From positions 6,996-70,995 of the forward strand of contig JAUHWN010000003.1 of the NCBI GenBank assembly GCA_030424665.1: a DNA stretch of 64,000 bases, read 5' to 3'. The notes under the pieces are model-generated. The model searched no databases, was not told the origin of the DNA, and saw nothing but the letters and a program-made list of their open reading frames with translations. The stretch comes from Bdellovibrionia bacterium. Lineage in GTDB: Bacteria; Bdellovibrionota; Bdellovibrionia; Bdellovibrionales; JAGQZY01. Position numbers and translations under genes: made by a program. Below, one piece after another: positions 19,063-27,514 of this stretch; the first letter of the stretch is position 1, and each line of letters opens with the position of its first letter.

Positions 19063-21417
19063 ATGAAATATACAAGTATTTTGGCAATTTTAGTAAGCAT
19101 GACCTTTCTGCTGACGACAATAAAGTCGGAAGCATTTTCTGGTTATGGATACGGAATGTATGGAGCCATGCAAGCTTGCCCTTTTGGCGTTTCAGGAGCC
19201 AATGGAGCGAGTGACGACGAAGATGCGATTGATGAACTTCGAGGGGATCGTCGTGAATTGCAAGATCAAATTAGAGATTTAGAACGACTAATTGGTCGCG
19301 CTGATGATCGCATTCTAGAACTTCAAGACAAAGTGCAAAGGGTTGTGAATAGCGATTACTGGCCAGCTGTTGAAGAACATATTCGCGATCAGAAAAACTG
19401 TTCTTGCGATTACAGTGTACAGCTTCTTGATCCAGCATTTGCTCCTTCTATTGTCGCTCCCACAAGAGGCAGCAAAGTTATGGTCACAACGATGACCCCT
19501 AGATCAACAAGAGCTCCAGCGTCTGTAAGTCGCGGACCGGCTGGTGTGAATGCCGAAGAGCAAGCACCAGATGGTGTCTGTAACACAGCTCAAGATATTA
19601 TTGATCCCGATTGTGATGGTGCATGTGACCTTCGTCATGAAAATACCGATTTAGACTGCAGACCTCAAGAACAAGCGGCTACCGAAATTGATTGTAGTCG
19701 GCCGGAAAATCGAAGTAACCAAGCCTGTGCGACAGCGGCTGATCCCGAACAAGTTGGCCGATCTGAAGAAACCATCGAAGTTTCAACAGATGGATATTGT
19801 GAAGCGGGAACTGCCGGTTGTTCTCCACGAGAAGTTGCAGTAGATCCTGCACCAACGGGTCGAGACCCAGCTTCTGAACCGGGCTGTGCTGAACGTTTAA
19901 GAGGAGTCGGTGTTACTGACGAGTCCTATATTGCACGTAACTGTGCGCCGAGTTCGGTGAGTGCGGGCTATGATGATGGCGGATCACCTTTTTGTGTATC
20001 ACCAGAAACAGCCCCAATTGTAGTTACTGACAACTGGAGACGAATTTGTATTTCGAATGGTGGAATTCGTGCAGCTGTCTGTGATGGTGCTGCTTATACA
20101 AGAAACGGTGTGAGTTCAAGAGATCGTTCCGATTGTCGAAACGCTCTCAATAGACTTCGCCAAGCTCAAGATCGTAGAGCTTCTCTTGAGCGAAGATTAG
20201 CTGAATACAACGATCAACTCGGTACAATCGAAGATGATCTTGCCGATGCAGAATTTCGCAGAGACTTTGACGATGATCTCGAAGCGGATTGTGCCGATGG
20301 TGAATGTTACACCCGTCGCCACAGAAGAGATCGCGATAGAAATAGTTCTACTTCAAGTATCATTGGTACAATTGGGTCAATTGGTCTTGGTGCTTTAGGA
20401 CTTTACTTAGGAAATCGTCGAGCGAAGGAAGCGATCAATACGAACGCTGACTTGGGTTGGCCGACGAATCCGTACCTCGCCAGTGGATTTGGTTTTCCAT
20501 ACGCTGCTGCCGGGTTATACGGCGCACTTAATGGAGGACTCGGAGCTGGTGGCTTTGGTTGCGGTGCTGGTGGACTCGGTCCTTTGGGAATGGCATCACC
20601 TCTTGCTGCCCTCGGTATGTACGGTGGCGGTCTTGGCGGTGGAATGTTTATGCCGGGAATGGGACCATGGGGAATGGCTGGCCTTGGTGGCGGAATTCCT
20701 GGAATGGGAATGGGCGCTCTCGGTGGCTTTGGTGCCATTGGTGGAGCTATGGCCCTTGGGGGTCTCGGCGCTTACGGAACTCTTGGTGGACTCGGTTACA
20801 TGGGGGCGCTTGGAGCTTATGGTGCTCTTGGAGGACAACTCGGTGGAATTGGTGCTTTAGGCGGACCCATTGGTGGTCTCGGTATGATTGGTGGAATTCA
20901 GGTTGGCGTGCTCGGTGGATACGGAGCCCTCGGCGGCGGACTCGGAGCCCTCGGAACCATTGGTGGTCTCGGCGCCCTTGGAGGTGGACTCGGAGCCTTA
21001 GGCGGTGGTCTTGGCGCTCTTGGAGGCGGACTCGGAGCCTTAGGCGGTGGTCTTGGCGCTCTTGGAGGTGGACTCGGCGCTTTAGGCGGTGGTTTGGGTG
21101 CCCTTGGAGGAGCGCTTGGCGGTCAATACACACAACAACTACTGCAGTTACAAATGCAACAACAACAGCAGCAAGCCGCTCAATTACGAGAGTACACATC
21201 TTTGATGCAAGAATACCAATCCCTTCAATTGAGACTGATGCAGTTTAACGGACTCGGTGGAGTTGGTGGTCTTGGTGGAGTTGGAGGACTCGGTGGCGTT
21301 GGAGGACTCGGTGGAATCGGTGGGGCCCTCGGTGGGGGAACTCTTCTTCCGACAAGTCCTACGACTCCAATTAATTCTTTCCCTGGATCGGGTACGACTC
21401 CTTCGCGAAGTCGATAA
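19063..21417 (+). CDS. Large secreted/membrane protein: coiled coil, Cys-rich region, TM-like segment, Gly/Leu/Ala-rich repeats, poly-Q
   Basis: The ATG at 19063 has GGAG 8 nt upstream. The track starts at the GTG at 19054. The signal peptide is MKYTSILAILVSMTFLLTTIKSEA. About 20 Cys lie between two coiled-coil-like segments. The hydrophobic segment IIGTIGSIGLGALGLYLG is followed by NRRAKE. Then comes ~320 aa of GGLGALG-type repeats, QQLLQLQMQQQQQQAAQL and GLGGVGG repeats. Confidence 0.75.
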   Translation: MKYTSILAILVSMTFLLTTIKSEAFSGYGYGMYGAMQACPFGVSGANGASDDEDAIDELRGDRRELQDQIRDLERLIGRADDRILELQDKVQRVVNSDYWPAVEEHIRDQKNCSCDYSVQLLDPAFAPSIVAPTRGSKVMVTTMTPRSTRAPASVSRGPAGVNAEEQAPDGVCNTAQDIIDPDCDGACDLRHENTDLDCRPQEQAATEIDCSRPENRSNQACATAADPEQVGRSEETIEVSTDGYCEAGTAGCSPREVAVDPAPTGRDPASEPGCAERLRGVGVTDESYIARNCAPSSVSAGYDDGGSPFCVSPETAPIVVTDNWRRICISNGGIRAAVCDGAAYTRNGVSSRDRSDCRNALNRLRQAQDRRASLERRLAEYNDQLGTIEDDLADAEFRRDFDDDLEADCADGECYTRRHRRDRDRNSSTSSIIGTIGSIGLGALGLYLGNRRAKEAINTNADLGWPTNPYLASGFGFPYAAAGLYGALNGGLGAGGFGCGAGGLGPLGMASPLAALGMYGGGLGGGMFMPGMGPWGMAGLGGGIPGMGMGALGGFGAIGGAMALGGLGAYGTLGGLGYMGALGAYGALGGQLGGIGALGGPIGGLGMIGGIQVGVLGGYGALGGGLGALGTIGGLGALGGGLGALGGGLGALGGGLGALGGGLGALGGGLGALGGGLGALGGALGGQYTQQLLQLQMQQQQQQAAQLREYTSLMQEYQSLQLRLMQFNGLGGVGGLGGVGGLGGVGGLGGIGGALGGGTLLPTSPTTPINSFPGSGTTPSRSR
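20977..21102 (+). repeat. Three tandem 42-bp repeats (two GGGLGAL heptapeptides each) inside the Gly-rich gene
   Basis: The unit CTTGGAGGTGGACTCGGAGCCTTAGGCGGTGGTCTTGGCGCT occurs at 20977-21018, at 21019-21060 (1 mismatch) and at 21061-21102 (more diverged). Degenerate copies flank it. Confidence 0.85.
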
Positions 21418-21442
21418 AAAACTTAAAAATTTGATTTTAACA

Positions 21443-21470
21443 ATGGGGCTTTTACAAGCCCCATTTTTTT
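21443..21470 (+). terminator. Rho-independent terminator after the Gly-rich gene
   Basis: Stem ATGGGGC / GCCCCAT with an 8-nt loop, followed by T7. Confidence 0.7.
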
Positions 21471-22086
21471 AGAAGCTGATGCTGGTTTGGGGCACGCGCG
21501 AAACCCTCTCTGTATCTGATCTCCTATTGAAATTATGCTGATAAATCTTAACCCCAGCGAAAACACCCAAAGCACCCAGTCCCCAGTACAGCCATTCCCT
21601 CTTCGAGGACCCTGCCACTCTATGTTTGGTCTCGGGGAGTTTTGGTGAATCTAGTACGCTAACGGAGCTGACAGCGAGTTCCTTTTCGTTTGCTTTTGTT
21701 GATTCATCGGAGGGTTTTTGATTGATGTACTCAAGAACTAAGGGAGGTGGAAAAAGCTCCAAGTCTATCCCACTGCCGTCTGCAAACTTCCAGGCTTTTG
21801 CCAGAAGTACTAATCGCAATTGCTCACGAGAGGTCAACTGGGCACATCGAAGGAGGGCGTAATGAAGTAACTCTTTTGTCGAACCCGTGAGTGTCTGATT
21901 CTCATATTTCTCTATCAGAGACATAAATTGATCACGAGCCTCGTTTAGGGTTCCTTCGTGATAAGTTTTCTGTGCCTTTTCGAAATCCTTGATGAGTAAT
22001 CCCTCAATTTCTTGAGAGGCATTAGCCCAGTGAAGGTTCCATGCACTCAGCGTGAAGAAAAAGATAAGTATATTCAAAAGATTCAT
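21469..22086 (-). CDS. Hypothetical exported protein with a helical (TPR-like?) region and a C-proximal TM segment; last gene of the Tad-like module
   Basis: 205 aa with signal peptide MNLLNILIFFFTLSAWNLHWANA and TM segment WLYWGLGALGVFAGVKIY. Its start overlaps the upstream gene's stop by 4 nt. Confidence 0.55.
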   Translation of the reverse strand: MNLLNILIFFFTLSAWNLHWANASQEIEGLLIKDFEKAQKTYHEGTLNEARDQFMSLIEKYENQTLTGSTKELLHYALLRCAQLTSREQLRLVLLAKAWKFADGSGIDLELFPPPLVLEYINQKPSDESTKANEKELAVSSVSVLDSPKLPETKHRVAGSSKREWLYWGLGALGVFAGVKIYQHNFNRRSDTERVSRVPQTSISF

Positions 22087-22613
22087 AGCTCCCCCAAAGT
22101 ATTTTTTAGATAAATGATGCGATCTTTGTTTGGATCTTTATCAATTTTAGTACCAAGTTTATTTGGGTTGTGAACGGCAACCCAGTAGAGACGGTCTTGA
22201 CTGAGAACTTGTGGAACTTCGGTCTCTGGGATTAAAATACTAACTTCAGATGCCCTCTGTGGGGACCTGAGAAGGCGCAGGGCTGATCCAATTCTTCTTG
22301 TGCTTTTTTCATCTGGATTTTTTCCGTAAAGATCTACAACAGCTTTATTTCCAATTATCGAGTCTAAATTCTTAGAATTTTGAATTTCAAGGGGAACGAG
22401 TACATAGCCCTGGGGAATGTAGGTATCGACCAACTGCTCGATGGGCTGTTTGTGGCCATCGGCATCTTTGAAACTATGAGCAATGAAACTAGAAGTAGCA
22501 ATGAGGAGGGCTCCATAAATGGGCCACCTGAATTGAATGATCTTCGCTTTAATGGTTTTGATTAATAGAGTGCTAGGAGCAGTAATTTCAGGGGCTTTTA
22601 GTGTGAAATCCAT
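22083..22613 (-). CDS. CpaB/RcpC-like pilus assembly protein (short, no obvious SAF domain)
   Basis: 176 aa with one N-terminal TM (WPIYGALLIATSSFIA). The pattern IPQGYVLVPLEIQ...IIGNKAVVDLYG...EVSILIPETEVPQVL...LYWVAVHNP follows the RcpC/CpaB C-terminal domain pattern. This is a motif-level call. Confidence 0.45.
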   Translation of the reverse strand: MDFTLKAPEITAPSTLLIKTIKAKIIQFRWPIYGALLIATSSFIAHSFKDADGHKQPIEQLVDTYIPQGYVLVPLEIQNSKNLDSIIGNKAVVDLYGKNPDEKSTRRIGSALRLLRSPQRASEVSILIPETEVPQVLSQDRLYWVAVHNPNKLGTKIDKDPNKDRIIYLKNTLGEL

Positions 22614-22734
22614 TTTCTATGACCTCGGTAGAAGTTGTTTCAAAATCAAAAAAAAGAATAAGAAGGGCCGAAAGAATCATAATGATGATTAAGAGCTCTA
22701 GGAGGCCCTGTCCCTTTTCAGATAGATACGCCAT
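22588..22734 (-). CDS. 48-aa Flp/TadE-type prepilin-like peptide (not in the ORF track, below cutoff)
   Basis: Hand translation gives MAYLSEKGQGLLELLIIIMILSALLILFFDFETTSTEVIENGFHTKSP. It shares the EKGQGxxE-plus-hydrophobic-stretch motif with the two neighbouring pilin-like genes. It overlaps both flanking genes. Confidence 0.4.
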   Translation of the reverse strand: MAYLSEKGQGLLELLIIIMILSALLILFFDFETTSTEVIENGFHTKSP

Positions 22735-23423
22735 GGTGTCTCTCCTTTAAAGTCGATTTGTGCTCGGCAACGAATAGGATCATTCTCAACTCCTCCAATT
22801 TTTTTTATAAAAGGATCAATGTAGGTGATTTTGTTTGTCCAACTCAGTGGTCTTGAGTTTTTGCGATGAGTGTCCCAGGAATAAGTCCTTCCAAGCCCTT
22901 TAAGAGACTCTGTTTTAGTTACCAGAAGATGGTGAAAACCCGGTTTAATATGAACGTGACACTCTCTTTTCAGAATGGAGTTGCTTCGGCAAAAGAACTT
23001 CTTAAGTTTGACTTTAAATCGACTGATGTGCAGTCGGCTCTTTCCTTGGGCCCCCAGTTCAATGAGGTCTTGTTTTTTCGCGATGTTTTGCAAATTCTTT
23101 CGCAGTCGATTGATTCGAATCAAAATTTTAGCTTTATGGGCTGGAGAGGGATGGGCTCCCAATTTGGCTATCTCAAGCGCGATTTTTGTCCGCAACCGGT
23201 AGACATGTGTGTTGGTATCAATGAGTTTTTGCGAAGCCTTAGCCAAAATCCAGTGGTGTTTAACAATAGTTTTGCGGCAAAGTTGTTTTTGCGCAAAATG
23301 GTTTCCCAGGGAATATCGAAAAAGTGAGCTAGCCAGGATCGACAATATAATTACGGGAAGAAGAAATCCGAAACTGACGAGTAGACTTCCATTATCATCT
23401 TTTGTCATTTGCGGTTCTTTCAA
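22698..23423 (-). CDS. TadG-like pilus-associated protein
   Basis: 241 aa. The N-terminus DNGSLLVSFGFLLPVIILSILA resembles the TadE/TadG-type N-terminal segment. The rest is basic and unrecognised. Confidence 0.4.
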   Translation of the reverse strand: MKEPQMTKDDNGSLLVSFGFLLPVIILSILASSLFRYSLGNHFAQKQLCRKTIVKHHWILAKASQKLIDTNTHVYRLRTKIALEIAKLGAHPSPAHKAKILIRINRLRKNLQNIAKKQDLIELGAQGKSRLHISRFKVKLKKFFCRSNSILKRECHVHIKPGFHHLLVTKTESLKGLGRTYSWDTHRKNSRPLSWTNKITYIDPFIKKIGGVENDPIRCRAQIDFKGETPWRIYLKRDRAS

Positions 23424-23784
23424 AAGGTTTCATAGACATCGTGTTAAAAAGCCTAAGGGGATGATTAAAAAAAGGAATAGGGTGTCCCCAAAGTTCTTGT
23501 TTTAAGTGCAGTTGACGGTTGAAACCCTTTTCAATTTTGACGTCTGACTTTAGGAGAGGAAAGAAGAAGCGACTTCTTTTGCGATATTCATCAAGACAAG
23601 GTTTTTCTCTCTCGACAATACTATGGCAAAGAAGTAATTCATGGCCGGCAAAAAGGTGAAGCTGTCGGGCCATACTCAAAAGACTTAGAAGTATAAAACT
23701 AAAAGAAAACAATAATAAAATTGGGAGGCAAAAGAGCGTTTCTATCGCGGATTGCCCCTTTTCGTTTTTTAAACCTATCTTCAT
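23395..23784 (-). CDS. TadE-like pseudopilin
   Basis: 129 aa. The N-terminus MKIGLKNEKGQSAIETLFCLPILLLFSFSFILL has the G/xxxxE processing-type motif followed by a hydrophobic helix. Confidence 0.55.
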   Translation of the reverse strand: MKIGLKNEKGQSAIETLFCLPILLLFSFSFILLSLLSMARQLHLFAGHELLLCHSIVEREKPCLDEYRKRSRFFFPLLKSDVKIEKGFNRQLHLKQELWGHPIPFFNHPLRLFNTMSMKPFERTANDKR

Positions 23785-23799
23785 CTTTCTACTCTTTTC

Positions 23800-24054
23800 T
23801 TACTGAGTTGCCACACCATTGAAAAAGTCAGACATGTCTTTTTTCTTAGTGTGACTTTCTTGCACCGGAGCGACTTTGATACGTTTTTTACTTCCCCCTT
23901 GAATGGCATAAGTGACTTGGGCGAATTTTGCACTGACCGTTTGATTAAGTGTCCTAACAATGGCTATGGTTGCAACTCCCATTAGGGCAACCAATAGTAA
24001 ATATTCAATCAGACCCTGGCCGTTTTCGTTTTTGTGGAATAGGTGTTTTTGCAT
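23800..24054 (-). CDS. flp: Flp-family type IVb pilin
   Basis: 84 aa. HKNENGQGLIEYLLLVALMGVATIAI matches the Flp motif (G/xxxxEY followed by a hydrophobic stretch). It is the first gene of the minus-strand module. Confidence 0.7.
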   Translation of the reverse strand: MQKHLFHKNENGQGLIEYLLLVALMGVATIAIVRTLNQTVSAKFAQVTYAIQGGSKKRIKVAPVQESHTKKKDMSDFFNGVATQ

Positions 24055-24280
24055 AATTCCTCCTCGATGGCCGGAAAGACTTCAAAATACGGGGCCCTCT
24101 CAGATTGAGTCAGGCTATAAGAAGAACTGTTTCATTCGGTTGTCCCGTTCGAAAATTGAACGTTTCAAAGGAAAACGTTAGTAGAAAAAACGCAGAATTT
24201 TTGCGACGAAAGGGTGAAAAATCCCGACCAAAATACCGATTTATTATACAATTAGAGATCAATTTGTTGAGGGCCTAAAA

Positions 24281-25435
24281 ATGAGAACGTTGACTGAACG
24301 GGCCGCAAAGATTCTCCTATGGAGGATCTTGCTAGCCTCTTTCGTTGTGTTTTCGCTCGGTTGCGAGGAAAACACGGTGGAGGATGGGGGTTCCACGGTC
24401 GACGTCATTCCGTCCGATCCTGATGACCCTTTCTTCCCCGGAGCATTCGTATGTGACGCCTTTAGTGGCGCGGACGATATCACTGATGTCAGTCAGGGTA
24501 TCGTAGGGTCCCTGTTTTATCTAGAAGACGGGGTGACTCCCTATGGTAACGTTCACGACTATATTAATCTCGGTACTGAAGTGACCGATGTCTCTCTCTT
24601 TTTTAACCAGATTAACATTCCAACCCGGCCATGGGATCGCGGGTTTGTAACACGCGATGGAGAAGTCATTCAAACAGAGGATGGAGATACTTTGTATGAG
24701 TGGTTTGCCATGAACATGGATACAGATATTGTTTTAACCAGCGAAGAGCCCGAGGGTGATTATCAGTTCGCCATACTATCAGATGATGGCGCAGTACTTA
24801 CGATCGATGGTCAAGTCATCGTCGATAATGACGGTGATCATCCAACGCGCTTTGGCTGTGCTGATACGCCGATTAGTATCGACCAAGCCAGTCGCCTCGA
24901 GGCGAATATCAAGTACTACCAAGGACCTCGTTACCACATTGCCATGATTGTTATGTGGCGTCCTTGGCCTGAAAACATTGCCGATGTCGATGACCCCGAG
25001 TGTGGAAGAGAAGGGAACTCGAGATTTTTTGATTCGACTCAAGACCCGCCAACACCCCAACAAAGCTATCAAGATTTACTCAATCGTGGGTGGGCTCCTT
25101 TGGGAGCAGCCAATTTTAAAGTGCCTGGAGACATCATTAATATGTGTAACTTTCCGGCACCAACAATTTCTAGTATTCAATTTAATGACCTTGGGTCGAC
25201 CTATGTAGAACTCATGTTTTCTACGAATATTCCATCTAAGTTTTATATAGAGGTCACAAACCTAGCCACTGGAGAAGTCACTCAATCTCCGGTGAGTGAT
25301 AACTATGTGAAAAATCATATGGGTTCAGTCACAAGTCTGGAGCCATTTACACTTTATAAGGCAGAAATAGTCGCGAGTAGTGTTTCAGGAAGAGAGACGA
25401 GAAGCGCCCCACTCAACTTTAGGACGCGTCCATAG
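24281..25435 (+). CDS. PA14-domain exported protein (possible lipoprotein) with a C-terminal FN3-like module
   Basis: 384 aa with a signal sequence ending in a Cys (FVVFSLGCEEN). The PA14 signature is GDYQFAILSDDGAVLTIDGQVIVDNDGDHP. The C-terminal ~90 aa are beta-sandwich-like (YVELMFSTN...YKAEIVASS). The stop abuts the next gene's ATG (TAGATG). Confidence 0.7.
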   Translation: MRTLTERAAKILLWRILLASFVVFSLGCEENTVEDGGSTVDVIPSDPDDPFFPGAFVCDAFSGADDITDVSQGIVGSLFYLEDGVTPYGNVHDYINLGTEVTDVSLFFNQINIPTRPWDRGFVTRDGEVIQTEDGDTLYEWFAMNMDTDIVLTSEEPEGDYQFAILSDDGAVLTIDGQVIVDNDGDHPTRFGCADTPISIDQASRLEANIKYYQGPRYHIAMIVMWRPWPENIADVDDPECGREGNSRFFDSTQDPPTPQQSYQDLLNRGWAPLGAANFKVPGDIINMCNFPAPTISSIQFNDLGSTYVELMFSTNIPSKFYIEVTNLATGEVTQSPVSDNYVKNHMGSVTSLEPFTLYKAEIVASSVSGRETRSAPLNFRTRP

Positions 25436-27514
25436 ATGAAAGTAAAATTTTCGATTCGATATAAGTTTTTGGCTGTTACCACTTTGCTCTTGCTGAGTTG
25501 TGTAACTTTATATTTGCTTCTCGCTTCAACCATTTTTAGTCGCGATAAAACAGAGCTTGTTTTTGATTTAAACAAGTCCACTGTTCATAATATTCGCTCA
25601 GAGATGGAAGCGGTCTTTTCTTCTGTGAGTGATAAGTTAGAGCTTTTTGCTTTGATTTCTCAATCTAAGCTCAAAGTCAAAAAAGAATTTCATCGCATTC
25701 TCGATAATGACGACACAATAGTTTATGTCCATTCTACGAATTCCAATAAATTTCAAAAGACGAGTGAATACAGTCAAAAGAAGTTTCTTCAGACTTATGG
25801 TCTTGAGGAAAAGTACTTTAAAGAAACCCTTCCGGGTATTAGAGCCGTTCCGATGGATGAGATTAAAGCCAATGGTCTTGCCTATTGGAATGCGACAGTG
25901 GATGGCGGTCCATTTTTAGTTGGAGTTGGTCGAAGTGTTGTACAAGAAGATTCCCGTGGCGTGGCCGTTTCACAGTTTGCTGTTATTAGTTATGTGCGAA
26001 TGGATCGTATCGCCAAAATGATAAACGAACTTCGAACCAACGAGGTGAGTATTGTCAGTGATCAAGGACAAGTTATTGTTGGCTACGGAGCGAAAGAAGC
26101 AAAGCCATGGGAGCTCTTTAGTCTTGCTCAAAGGAATCCTTTGAATTTAGGTGTTCTTGAGTATCAAGATCAGCAGGGTAAAAAGATGCTCGGCGGATTT
26201 TCTAAAAGTACGAAAAATCGTTTTTATGTACTTTCGCGGGTCGCGTCTGACAAGGTATTCGCTGTGGTCGAGAATCTCGTCTATCGCTCCATTGTGTTCG
26301 GCCTTATTATTGTGACATTGACCTTTATTGCCGCGATATTATTTTCACGCTCTATTACCCGACCTCTAGACACTCTCGTTGATGGTATGAAAGAAGTTTC
26401 TGGGGGAACATTATCTAAGCATATCGAATTGCGAACGATTGACGAAACAGCAGTTTTAGCCTCTTCTTTTAATCGAATGATTGATGATTTAAAAGAGTCT
26501 CGAGATCAACTTGAAGAGATAAATCGCGATCTCGAACAAAAAGTAAAAGATCGCACTAAAATGCTCGAAGAGCAGAATCGCGCGGTCAAACAGGCTCAAG
26601 AAGCATTGCTAAAGACGACCCGCCTCGCCTCGGTTGGAGAGATTGCGGGTCGCGCAGCTCATGAAATTCTCAACCCTTTAACGTCGATCATGACCAGAAT
26701 TAAGAAGGTGAGCGATAAGATAGAAGGTAATGCTGTCACAGATATTCAGTTTTTGGCCGAAATTCAGTCGAGCTGGGAAAACGACTTTAAATCGGGTGGC
26801 TTTGAAAAGTTGATTGCAGAGTGGCAGAAACCCTCTGAGGTAGATCAAGACAGTAATCTGTGGAACGAAGACATGAGTCATCTTAAAGAGGTGAATAAGA
26901 GTGTTGTCGATCAACTGACCTCATTGACGAACGATATGAAATTCCTGCTGAGTGAGTCTCAGAGAATTAGTAAGATTGTTCAGAGTATGAGATCCCTGTC
27001 TATAGTTAAGGGGAACAAGGCCAAGTATTCGGCCCATAAGCTTCTTCATGAGTCTGTGAATATAATGGGTGACCTCTTTGCACAGAATGAAGTTGAAGTC
27101 GTTGAGTGGTACGAAGCCAAAGAAGATGAAATTGTTGTTGATCGCGATGAATTCATCCAGAGTTTGACGAACCTTCTGCGCAATTCTCTGCAAGCAGTTC
27201 AAGAGATCGACAGGGACGGTTACAAACCGAAAATAGGATTGTTAACACGAATCGAAGAAGGCGAATTGATTATCGAAGTTGTTGATAACGGCACAGGGAT
27301 CGAGCCAGAACATAGAACTAAACTTTTTGAAACCCAGTTTTCTACAAAAGATCGCGAAGAGGGGACCGGCTTGGGCTTAAGCATCTCAAGACGATTTATT
27401 CGCGCCTACGGTGGTGATATTAAATTCATGGGTGACAACGAAAATTGGAACGCAGTCTTTCGTATTACGCTTCCCGCAAAAGAAGTTGAAAGACCGATGG
27501 AGGCCGCAGCATGA
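25436..27514 (+). CDS. Sensor histidine kinase (two TM, ~260-aa periplasmic domain, HAMP, HisKA, HATPase_c)
   Basis: 692 aa. TM1 is FLAVTTLLLLSCVTLYLLLAS and TM2 is IVFGLIIVTLTFIAAILFS. HAMP region: RPLDTLVDGMKEVSGG...FNRMIDDL. H-box: AAHEILNPLTSI. G-boxes: DNGTGIEPE and GTGLGLSISRRF. Confidence 0.85.
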   Translation: MKVKFSIRYKFLAVTTLLLLSCVTLYLLLASTIFSRDKTELVFDLNKSTVHNIRSEMEAVFSSVSDKLELFALISQSKLKVKKEFHRILDNDDTIVYVHSTNSNKFQKTSEYSQKKFLQTYGLEEKYFKETLPGIRAVPMDEIKANGLAYWNATVDGGPFLVGVGRSVVQEDSRGVAVSQFAVISYVRMDRIAKMINELRTNEVSIVSDQGQVIVGYGAKEAKPWELFSLAQRNPLNLGVLEYQDQQGKKMLGGFSKSTKNRFYVLSRVASDKVFAVVENLVYRSIVFGLIIVTLTFIAAILFSRSITRPLDTLVDGMKEVSGGTLSKHIELRTIDETAVLASSFNRMIDDLKESRDQLEEINRDLEQKVKDRTKMLEEQNRAVKQAQEALLKTTRLASVGEIAGRAAHEILNPLTSIMTRIKKVSDKIEGNAVTDIQFLAEIQSSWENDFKSGGFEKLIAEWQKPSEVDQDSNLWNEDMSHLKEVNKSVVDQLTSLTNDMKFLLSESQRISKIVQSMRSLSIVKGNKAKYSAHKLLHESVNIMGDLFAQNEVEVVEWYEAKEDEIVVDRDEFIQSLTNLLRNSLQAVQEIDRDGYKPKIGLLTRIEEGELIIEVVDNGTGIEPEHRTKLFETQFSTKDREEGTGLGLSISRRFIRAYGGDIKFMGDNENWNAVFRITLPAKEVERPMEAAA

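Noticed and set aside
20403-21472. Multiple alternative-frame and antisense ORFs (PPRP-rich, RW-rich, HR-rich) lie within the Gly-rich repeat region.
   Set aside because: These are low-complexity artefacts of GGN/GCN/CTN codon repeats read in other frames. Only the frame with the signal peptide and continuous upstream ORF is coherent.
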